64,000 nucleotides of DNA from the NCBI GenBank assembly GCA_012512325.1, contig JAAZEL010000069.1, positions 1,303 to 65,302 on the forward strand, given 5' to 3'. The notes below the pieces were generated by a model. It made no database searches and had not been told where the DNA came from. It saw only the letters and a program-made list of their open reading frames with translations. The stretch comes from Candidatus Fermentithermobacillaceae bacterium. GTDB taxonomy: Bacteria; Bacillota; Sulfobacillia; Fermentithermobacillales; Fermentithermobacillaceae. Below, piece after piece: positions 38,663 through 45,925 of the stretch; within the stretch, counting starts at the first letter, position 1; each line of letters begins with the position of its first letter. The position numbers and the translations under genes are program-made.

Positions 38663-39371
38663 AGCCCATTCTGTGACTGGCCACTATAACGGTTTTTCCC
38701 ATGTCTTTAACCCAGCTCTTTATGGATTCGGTGAGATCTGCAGCGGCAATTACGTCAAGGCACAGGACCCCTAACTCCCAGTCTAGTATTACACGGGTAT
38801 AGGGTTTGTCGTGGTCCTCGCATTCGAACTTGTAGCTGAACTTAAACGGGATCTTCTGCAAGGGCTTCTGGATGTCCCCAAAAAGGTTGAACTGCCTATT
38901 AAGCACTTGCCATTCAGGTTTCCAGTCAGGTTCTGCTTCTTCAACAACATCCAAAACGCGTTTAGGCCTGACGATTCCCAGTGACACTTTCTCAGTTTCA
39001 TAAAGGGTTTCAAGCTGCTTGACGATGTGGACCGGCATCTTGTCGATTATCGCCCGACGGGCACGCCAGTCGCGATCTCGTTTGGTATCAAGCTGTTCTC
39101 CAATGAGTTTGATTGACTCTATGAGCGGCTCACGGCTTTCTTTTCGAGCGTCGCTGGAACGTCCCCTTGGCGCAAGATTGACCTCAATCCACTGATACTT
39201 GCGGAACCGCCGTTCGCGCGGCTGATATCGGTAGGGTATGGGGTAAAGCCGCACCCATTCATAGTCATCAGTGATCCCGGCAGTACATACTAGTTCCTTG
39301 TACTCGCGTGATGGATGAGGATACGTCATGACCGTTATCAATACACGTGTTGCTTGATAATCTGTTCCCAT
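38265..39371 (-). CDS. hypothetical protein of unknown family (~200 aa native part) fused in-frame to an ABC-ATPase C-terminal remnant; true 3' end uncertain
   Basis: Start ATG 39371 with GAGGTG RBS. Residues 1 to ~190 match nothing I recognise. A possible PD-(D/E)xK-like D...ExK appears at VILDWE...TESIK. Residues ~220-250 (DMGKTVIVASHRMGFVERVTNRVLWLKE) look like the tail of an ABC ATP-binding protein. Downstream of 38662 the ORF runs through the permease fragment in another frame, so that part is spurious. Confidence 0.4.
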   Translation of the reverse strand: MGTDYQATRVLITVMTYPHPSREYKELVCTAGITDDYEWVRLYPIPYRYQPRERRFRKYQWIEVNLAPRGRSSDARKESREPLIESIKLIGEQLDTKRDRDWRARRAIIDKMPVHIVKQLETLYETEKVSLGIVRPKRVLDVVEEAEPDWKPEWQVLNRQFNLFGDIQKPLQKIPFKFSYKFECEDHDKPYTRVILDWELGVLCLDVIAAADLTESIKSWVKDMGKTVIVASHRMGFVERVTNRVLWLKEPYACFNCPQYRALRVYSCPEHCGWRGALHGVQAGPRLYVFVTQGILNGIGHRYPSSHHPLRLRSFHGIFEYGFETGWIYPGILGLVLLRSCNPMGHHARFTPGIFRHITHDLGHQSIG

Positions 39372-40248
39372 TTGGCCACCTCAAGTCGCTGACGGTTAAC
39401 CCTGTGCTATCCGAAATAGATTCAGCTAGGACGGACCTATGGTAACGACTTGGATCGACTTCCATACACATGAGCGTTGAAGGCTTCGAACTCATCCACG
39501 ATGCAATATCTCGGACTAAGTCTTCTGCAGAGTTAAGAACCTCCTCTGTGTATCTGTTGAACAGCATGTCGAGATCGTCTTGGTCGTCCAAACATGCTCT
39601 CCATTCGGAAGGGATTCCCACTTGGGGCATATGTCGATATTCGATGTCCACATATTTTGCAAGATTCGCCAGTGTCGATCCGTAGAAACCAAATACCCGC
39701 GATACTGCATTTCTTCTTACGTCTATGAGCTGCTTGATCCCTGACCGTAGCAACAGATTCAAGAATCCATCTACTTGCATGCTCGAATAACCTACGGTGT
39801 ACACGGCATAGGGAGCTTCTTTGAGTGGGATGTAGTGCCTGTTGCGCTCACTTCTCGTTGCATACCAAGGATGTTGCGCATACACTAGTTCGGTCAGTTC
39901 ATTGACGGGATACTGACCATAGTTCGCCCAGAATCTGCCAAACTCCTTCCAAAGATTAGGGGGCAGATCCAATGATGTCTGTAACCCAAGGTCAGTGAGG
40001 CGGATGGCATTCGAGGACGGCAGCTCAATCAGTCCACTATCAATCATTTTCTGGAGTTCGTGATATAGCGTGAAAGAAAAGGGTCCATACTTGTAAGGGA
40101 GAAATTGGTAGAAAGCATGTGTATAGCGTGGACTGAGGTGCTGCCGGAGAAGAAATACTTGCTTGACGAGCTTCAGACGGGTTGTGCTTCCTCCGGAACA
40201 CTTTATTAACGCGATTATCAGCTTTTGTCTTATTAACATTTCAATCAC
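39268..40248 (-). CDS. fusion protein: N-terminal Panacea-like (DUF4065-like, xYGP motif) domain + C-terminal DUF488 domain
   Basis: N-terminus RLKLVKQVFLLRQ...FYQFLPYKYGPFSFTLYHEL resembles the Panacea/SocA/GepA antitoxin-domain motif (KLQKLLYYAQ...AWKYGPV). C-terminus VYTVGYSSMQVDGFLNLLLRSGIKQLIDVRRNAVSRVFGF...IEYRHMPQVGIP matches DUF488 (YTIGHS...LVDVR...SR). Own promoter-like TTGGCC-17-TACAAT; its 3' end overlaps the next gene by 104 nt. Confidence 0.6.
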   Translation of the reverse strand: MIEMLIRQKLIIALIKCSGGSTTRLKLVKQVFLLRQHLSPRYTHAFYQFLPYKYGPFSFTLYHELQKMIDSGLIELPSSNAIRLTDLGLQTSLDLPPNLWKEFGRFWANYGQYPVNELTELVYAQHPWYATRSERNRHYIPLKEAPYAVYTVGYSSMQVDGFLNLLLRSGIKQLIDVRRNAVSRVFGFYGSTLANLAKYVDIEYRHMPQVGIPSEWRACLDDQDDLDMLFNRYTEEVLNSAEDLVRDIASWMSSKPSTLMCMEVDPSRYHRSVLAESISDSTGLTVSDLRWPNGNRLSSNTCIDNGHDVSSSITRVQGTSMYCRDH

Positions 40249-40326
40249 TCTCGGAACTCAGTCCATCAGGTCTTAGTATCTATTTCCATTGTAGAGTTTT
40301 TCCTTGTATGATGGCCAAAAGCATGG

Positions 40327-40824
40327 CTAGATTGATGGTCGTCTCATAATCCCTTGTGAGACTTCAGAAATGGCCTTTATTATGCATGCTTCCCGGTGTC
40401 TAATGAACTGATCGAAATCATCCCGCATCAGAGCTTCGTATGCCTGTTTGTTAATGAAATGGGTTTCAAGCGTTTGTAACAGCCGAGACTCATCATTGTC
40501 ATGCCCTTCCAAGCACTCTTTGAAGAATTCAGATGGTCGTTTGTTCCGCTTGCGGTTATTGGTCTCTTTGGATATGAGTGTTCTGTTTAGAATGATGTCC
40601 ACTTGGTGATCGTGCCTGTATACTTCGCGGGGGAAAATGTGGTCATCCTGGCATGTATGTAGATCTGCCTTTTGCCCCGTTAGGAAGTCGCGGGCTCCTT
40701 TCCGAAGAATCAAGCACATAACACCCTTGTACACAGTAGATCGTCGCTCTGCAGCGGTCAAATCAACAGCATCTACGCTTACGCGGCGGAACCAGTCAGG
40801 TTCAGTACCACTGTGTTTCACCAT
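40327..40824 (-). CDS. DUF1524 (HNH-like nuclease, GmrSD C-terminal) domain protein
   Basis: His-Me finger-like DHIFPREVYRHDH...N...ISKETNNRKRNK. Overlaps the upstream DUF262 ORF by 23 nt in a different frame. Confidence 0.65.
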   Translation of the reverse strand: MVKHSGTEPDWFRRVSVDAVDLTAAERRSTVYKGVMCLILRKGARDFLTGQKADLHTCQDDHIFPREVYRHDHQVDIILNRTLISKETNNRKRNKRPSEFFKECLEGHDNDESRLLQTLETHFINKQAYEALMRDDFDQFIRHREACIIKAISEVSQGIMRRPSI

Positions 40825-41395
40825 CCCATACGTTTTGCTCCTGGTATAGCCACTGGTAGAAGGTGTTTGGTTCTCGAAAGATAGAGAATGGTAAAGCGTG
40901 ATGGGTCCTGACCATCTCTTGAATCTTAGACATTCGCCGCCGGTCGAGCAAAGACACGCCTACAACTGCTTCTTCAATATCTCCGTTTAGAGCCGCGTCC
41001 AGCAAAAGGTAGAATTTGTGAGAGAACTTGGAATTTCTCAGTGGAATGTCAGGGCTGTAGAGGGCGTAAAAGACGGAGGTTATCCGTTGTTGCCCGTCCA
41101 GAACCAGCTGCACTGTTGGGTGGCGATCAAAACGTACCTGTTCGTTGACTTTCTCAAGTCCTTCTATTGGACGAAAGGGAAACATAGGATTATCGGCGTA
41201 AATATCGAGCATTAGAAACGCCCCGATAAAGTAGCCCTGCAGAATAGAGCTCAACAATTCTTGAATATCCCTGCGCTCCCAGATAAAAGAACGCTGAAAT
41301 TCAGGAACCACTACTTTTCCTTCGCAGGCTTCTTCTACGATTGACAAAAGCTTTCTTGGATTGGCCTCGGGGGAGTCCATTTTAGTGAAGCGCAT
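40802..41395 (-). CDS. DUF262 (ParB/Srx-like NTPase, GmrSD N-terminal) domain protein
   Basis: VVPEFQRSFIWERRDIQELLSSILQGYFIGAF and DGQQR motifs; GGAGGG RBS before ATG 41395. Confidence 0.7.
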   Translation of the reverse strand: MRFTKMDSPEANPRKLLSIVEEACEGKVVVPEFQRSFIWERRDIQELLSSILQGYFIGAFLMLDIYADNPMFPFRPIEGLEKVNEQVRFDRHPTVQLVLDGQQRITSVFYALYSPDIPLRNSKFSHKFYLLLDAALNGDIEEAVVGVSLLDRRRMSKIQEMVRTHHALPFSIFREPNTFYQWLYQEQNVWDGETQWY

Positions 41396-41736
41396 CAAAA
41401 ACCCTCCTGCTTAGTTATTGCTCTCGGTCATTATCGCCAGGGCTTTTCACCCCACAAGTCTTTAGTGCGAATTTTCTAAGTTGATGGATTGCGTTGTTGA
41501 TTAATGGATGATTTTTGTGTCGCCCACAGTCTCTAATGGTGCATTCGACGCAGAGCAGCCGTCAACCTCTCCATGGATGCGCTCAGGATATGGCTGTCAC
41601 TCTAGGCGAAGATGCTACATAGGAGGCCTAAAGGAATCTACCTTATGACTCGGAAAAATGGGTACAACGACACAGTTTACTAAGCGGACATCATATGGGT
41701 CAAAACACAAAGGGAAGACTGAGTCAGGTTAGAATA

Positions 41737-41812
41737 TGGTGGGCCATACAGGACTCGAACCTGTAACCCTCCGATTAAGAGTCGGATGCTCTACCAATTG
41801 AGCTAATGGCCC
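41737..41812 (-). tRNA. tRNA-Lys (anticodon CUU)
   Basis: Minus-strand sequence GGGCCATTAGCTCAATTGGTAGAGCATCCGACTCTTAATCGGAGGGTTACAGGTTCGAGTCCTGTATGGCCCACCA. It folds as a cloverleaf with anticodon loop CTCTTAA. Confidence 0.8.
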
Positions 41813-41823
41813 ATGAAAAAGTC

Positions 41824-41900
41824 TGGTAGCGGCGACTGGATTCGAACCAGTGACTCTACGGGTATGAACCGTATGCTCTAACCAACTGAGCTACGCCGCC
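41824..41900 (-). tRNA. tRNA-Met (elongator-type, anticodon CAU; lysidine-tRNA-Ile2 not excluded)
   Basis: Minus-strand GGCGGCGTAGCTCAGTTGGTTAGAGCATACGGTTCATACCCGTAGAGTCACTGGTTCGAATCCAGTCGCCGCTACCA. Anticodon loop TTCATAC. The anticodon stem lacks the three G-C pairs of initiator tRNA. Confidence 0.75.
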
Positions 41901-42152
41901 ACCCATACAGCATAGATAATTATAAGCACGATATGAGCGTTCGTCAACATCTTCGCCCAGGGCTGCTACCGGCCAGTGCTTGCTATTGGTCAGTGATCTG
42001 CTACCGGATCTCCCATGACCCCCACCGTTCCAAATGGACGTCATTTCTTCGACAAGCATCTACTCTTCCTCAGAAGTGCCCAAGGACAAGCCCCGACATG
42101 AAATTCGCAGCCGACGGTATAAAATGGAAACACATCTGAGGAGGATCAAGAC

Positions 42153-44354
42153 GTGAGCAAGGTCACCAGCTTTCTCCAGGACAAGTTCAACCTGCGCCGG
42201 CGGAGGTCCAGACAAGCGCCCGATGAAGCAGGCAACGAGGGCTTGGTGGAACTTGCCCGGGGACAAAAATCAATGATACCTTTGTACCTGGTTTATGTGA
42301 TTGCATTCTTGCTGGGCAGGGTGCAGATCATCGGCACTCTTAGTCCATTCGGTCCTGGTTTCTACGTGGGTTACCGTACCGTCCTGGGTGGGTTTTCCAT
42401 ACTGTCAGCCGTTGCCGTACTTGCCGGCACTGCAAGCCTCAAGCAATGGGAGCTACTCATCCCGGCGGGGATCTCCATGGCCGGGATCACCCTGCTAGTA
42501 CGCGATGAAGACAAGGCTGGCTATGGACGCGTGGCAAATGCCTCCATTGCCGGTTTTTGCGTTTTCATGGCGCGGGCTATCACTGGAATTGCCACAGGTC
42601 TCAACTTGTCGCTGTACCTGTCTGCTTTCATGGAAGCGCTATGCACCATAGTCTCAGGACTGATTTTCATTTCAGCATTTGACAGGGCATCAGGCACGGA
42701 AAAGCCCGGTTGGCGATCAGGTAGAGTAGGGCAAGCCTTGATGTTAATGGGCTTGTTTGCAGTTGGTGGCCTTCAAGGAGTCAAACTGTTCAACTTGGAC
42801 ATTGGCGTCATTGTCATCATGGCTGCTACCTTCGCTCTTGCCTATGCATGCGGCCCGAGCGTCGGGGCGTTAACAGGCATATTGGGCGGCTTGGTGGCAT
42901 GCATGACGGGTTTGGAAAGCCCCGAGATAATCGGGCAGCTTGGCGTGATCGGGGTTCTCTCCGGTTTGGGAGGGAAATTGGGCAAGCTGGAAGCGACCCT
43001 GGGTTACCTGTCTGCAGGCCTTACCATGGCGTTCTTTTCCGATTCGGCTTCTCTAATTAGGCACATGTTGATGGAGCAAATCCTTGCGTCGGCTGTGGTT
43101 TTGCTCATCACCCCGGGTGTCAGGGGGTGTCTGCTTGAGAGTGTTTCAGGACTTATGCCCGGCGTCCGCCGACTTTATCGGCGGGTTGGCTCAGACGGGC
43201 TACCAGAGGAAATGGGTGAATACAGAACGAGTTCGGTCTTCAACGTGCTTTCTGAACTTGGCCGTCTATTTGAGGAGGCTAGCGTTACAAGGCCAGGCTC
43301 ATCCGAGCAAAATGCGCCTCCTGATTTGGATGTAGCCGTCATGAAGCATCTATACGAGAAAACCTGCCAAGACTGCGGAAACCGCGCTTATTGCTGGGAA
43401 GAGCATTTCGGGGAAACATATGAAGAGTTCATAAACCTGGCGCGAAAAGCGCGGCTTACAGGCAAACTTGGCTTGCACGACAGCAGTTTGGCCATAGCTG
43501 ACAAGTGCGGCAGGTTCCGTGAGATGGTGCTTCACCTCAATTACGAGAACCACATAGACAGGCTTGAGAAGCAGCTGGCGTCCATCGAATCGGACACCAT
43601 TGGCTGTCTCGCTTACCAGTTCAAGTGCCTGGGTCGGCTAAGAGCGGATGTGGATCCGGACGGGGGTATAGGTGTAACCGGAAAAAAGAGAGCTTCCCTC
43701 ACGATATCGGTAAAGGGCACCACTATCCCGGCATCAGGCGTAGAAAAACCCGGTGATATGTGGACCAGGTACGATCTGGACCCCGGAAGGACCCTGCTGG
43801 TCCTGGTGGATGGAATGGGCAAAGGGGAGATCGCAGCCAAACAAAGCCGAGACGCGATCCGGCTTCTGAAATCGTTGATAGAGTGTAGGCTCGATCACGC
43901 CGCATGCATATCGTTCTTGAACTCTGCTTTGCATCTTGCGTGGAGGCCCGACAGCTTCGTAGCCCTTGACTGCGTGGTAATAGACGCCGAGGTTGAAAGG
44001 GCGTATTTCTACAAACTGGGGGCGCCTCCGTCATTCATACGGAAGGGAGACGGCAATGTCCTGGCAGTACGTGGTTCCAACCCTCCTGCCGGGGCCGTCA
44101 CTCACGTGTACTGTCACGGTACAAGTGAGCCCATCAGCCCCGGCGATCTGATATTCCTGGTTTCAGACGGTGTCTTCAGGTCAAGCCCGGTCCCGGCAAG
44201 GGCAGAGCATATGCTGATGATGAGACTGAGCCGCATGAAGCAAGGCACTCTGGGCGATTACGTGAAGTCCCTGGTGAATCACAGTCTACGTCACCAAAGG
44301 CAGACGCCCAACGATGATATAACAGTAGTGGGTGTTCTCATAGAGAGTATTTGA
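42153..44354 (+). CDS. spoIIE: stage II sporulation protein E (10-TM domain + PP2C phosphatase)
   Basis: N-terminal polytopic membrane domain, central regulatory region and C-terminal PP2C domain (LVLVDGMGKGEIAA...VLIESI). GTG start with GAGGAGG RBS. Confidence 0.85.
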   Translation: MSKVTSFLQDKFNLRRRRSRQAPDEAGNEGLVELARGQKSMIPLYLVYVIAFLLGRVQIIGTLSPFGPGFYVGYRTVLGGFSILSAVAVLAGTASLKQWELLIPAGISMAGITLLVRDEDKAGYGRVANASIAGFCVFMARAITGIATGLNLSLYLSAFMEALCTIVSGLIFISAFDRASGTEKPGWRSGRVGQALMLMGLFAVGGLQGVKLFNLDIGVIVIMAATFALAYACGPSVGALTGILGGLVACMTGLESPEIIGQLGVIGVLSGLGGKLGKLEATLGYLSAGLTMAFFSDSASLIRHMLMEQILASAVVLLITPGVRGCLLESVSGLMPGVRRLYRRVGSDGLPEEMGEYRTSSVFNVLSELGRLFEEASVTRPGSSEQNAPPDLDVAVMKHLYEKTCQDCGNRAYCWEEHFGETYEEFINLARKARLTGKLGLHDSSLAIADKCGRFREMVLHLNYENHIDRLEKQLASIESDTIGCLAYQFKCLGRLRADVDPDGGIGVTGKKRASLTISVKGTTIPASGVEKPGDMWTRYDLDPGRTLLVLVDGMGKGEIAAKQSRDAIRLLKSLIECRLDHAACISFLNSALHLAWRPDSFVALDCVVIDAEVERAYFYKLGAPPSFIRKGDGNVLAVRGSNPPAGAVTHVYCHGTSEPISPGDLIFLVSDGVFRSSPVPARAEHMLMMRLSRMKQGTLGDYVKSLVNHSLRHQRQTPNDDITVVGVLIESI

Positions 44355-44401
44355 AAATGCTGCCGACAAATGGTATGTCTATGTAGGAAAAAACTTCAGG
44401 G

Positions 44402-45856
44402 GTGATTCACTCGGCCGGGGATCCTGTGAAACAAGTCCTGGATACCGTTGCCTCCACCATCCGGGCATACAACATGATTGAGCCGGGCCACATGGTTATT
44501 TGCGGCGTGTCAGGCGGCCCTGATTCCATGTGTTTGCTGGACTGCCTTGACATTCTATCCGGCGAGATGGGCTTTGGCTTGTTTGTGGCACACCTCCACC
44601 ACCACATGCGCGGGGAGCAAGCTGACAAAGACGCTCAACTTGTGGTGGATTTTGCCCAATCCCGGAACATCCCCGTTGAGGTAGGCCATGCCTATGTGCT
44701 TGAGCTTGCAGACGCTTTGAAGGTCGGGATTGAGGAAGCGGGCAGAATAGCCAGGTACCGTTTGTTTTTTGACTTGATGGAGCAAATTAGGCCCCACAGG
44801 ATTGCCTTGGGCCATAACATGAACGATCAAGCTGAGACCGTGCTCATGAGGCTGGCGCGGGGAGCCGGAACCCAGGGCTTGGCGGGTATCCCGCCTGTCA
44901 ACGGCCCTGTGATAAGGCCTCTTATCCATGTCCCCAGGGGTCTCATCGAAGAATACTGCCGCAAACGAAACCTCCCTGTGATAACCGACGTATATAATCT
45001 CGATCTCAAGTACACGAGAAACCTGGTAAGGTACGAGATCCTTCCAAAGATCGCAAAGGTGCTCAACCCGTCGCTGGTTGAGACCCTGGCTAAGACAGCC
45101 AAGGTCTTGAGATGGGATGCGGATTTTCTTGAGGAGCAGGCGGAAGCGGCGTTTCTCCGTACCTCAATGAAAGAAGGCAGGGTTACCCTGGTGTGCGAGC
45201 GGAGCGTGGGGGATCTTCCCAGAGCTATCGGGTCAAGGGTATTGGAAAAAGCTTGGCGGGAATGTGCCGGGAAAACGGACAACTTAGAGGTGAGCCACAT
45301 TCTCAGGTTGCTTGACGGCGGTGAAGATCCCCTATCATTACCGGGGAAGGTTACTGTCCACAGGTTCAAGGGGCAGCTATGTTTCTACCCTCCTCCGCCG
45401 GAAGAAGTCGATATCCCGGTGCGGGTACCGGGATGTACTTCCGTGCCTCAACTGGGCTTGTCCGTCCACACCAGAATTCGGGACAACCCCCGCGGCGGGT
45501 ACCGGAAAAGCGAGTTTAAGCAGGGAAAGAGCTTTTTTATGCTGGAACTGCGGGCATGGGTGGATTACAATAAGTGTGAGGGTGAGCTCCGGCTCAGGAC
45601 GAGGCAGCCTGGTGACCGGATTGCCCCCTTGGGGATGCAAGGGAACGAGAAGACCGTAAAAGACCTGCTCATATCTATGCGTGTCCCTCGCTACTACCGC
45701 AGTTTCGTCCCTATCTTCGTATCAGGAGACAAGCTTGTATGGGTTGGGGGATTTAGGTTAAGTGAGCAGTTCAAGGTGAGTGCAGATACCTGTAAGATTA
45801 TAGAAATCGAGATAGAGCCCTTATTGCGGAGAAGGCAGAATTGTGCTACGATTTAG
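44402..45856 (+). CDS. tilS: tRNA(Ile)-lysidine synthetase
   Basis: PP-loop MVICGVSGGPDS; conserved position after spoIIE. No hprT/hpt gene follows, unlike B. subtilis. Confidence 0.85.
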   Translation: MIHSAGDPVKQVLDTVASTIRAYNMIEPGHMVICGVSGGPDSMCLLDCLDILSGEMGFGLFVAHLHHHMRGEQADKDAQLVVDFAQSRNIPVEVGHAYVLELADALKVGIEEAGRIARYRLFFDLMEQIRPHRIALGHNMNDQAETVLMRLARGAGTQGLAGIPPVNGPVIRPLIHVPRGLIEEYCRKRNLPVITDVYNLDLKYTRNLVRYEILPKIAKVLNPSLVETLAKTAKVLRWDADFLEEQAEAAFLRTSMKEGRVTLVCERSVGDLPRAIGSRVLEKAWRECAGKTDNLEVSHILRLLDGGEDPLSLPGKVTVHRFKGQLCFYPPPPEEVDIPVRVPGCTSVPQLGLSVHTRIRDNPRGGYRKSEFKQGKSFFMLELRAWVDYNKCEGELRLRTRQPGDRIAPLGMQGNEKTVKDLLISMRVPRYYRSFVPIFVSGDKLVWVGGFRLSEQFKVSADTCKIIEIEIEPLLRRRQNCATI

Positions 45857-45925
45857 CGAGCAATCTCGTGCTTGAGATGGAAAATGGTCGATGAATACGG
45901 CAGATGAACGGAAAGGGGGATTGGA

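Noticed and set aside
37034-41736. Integrase, transposase, phage or conjugative genes and att direct repeats flanking the island
   Set aside because: None of the ORFs shows recombinase motifs (no tyrosine-recombinase RHRY region and no DDE signature). I could not find a repeat of the tRNA-Lys or tRNA-Met 3' end at the mgtC-proximal side by eye. The mobility mechanism is therefore left open rather than asserted.
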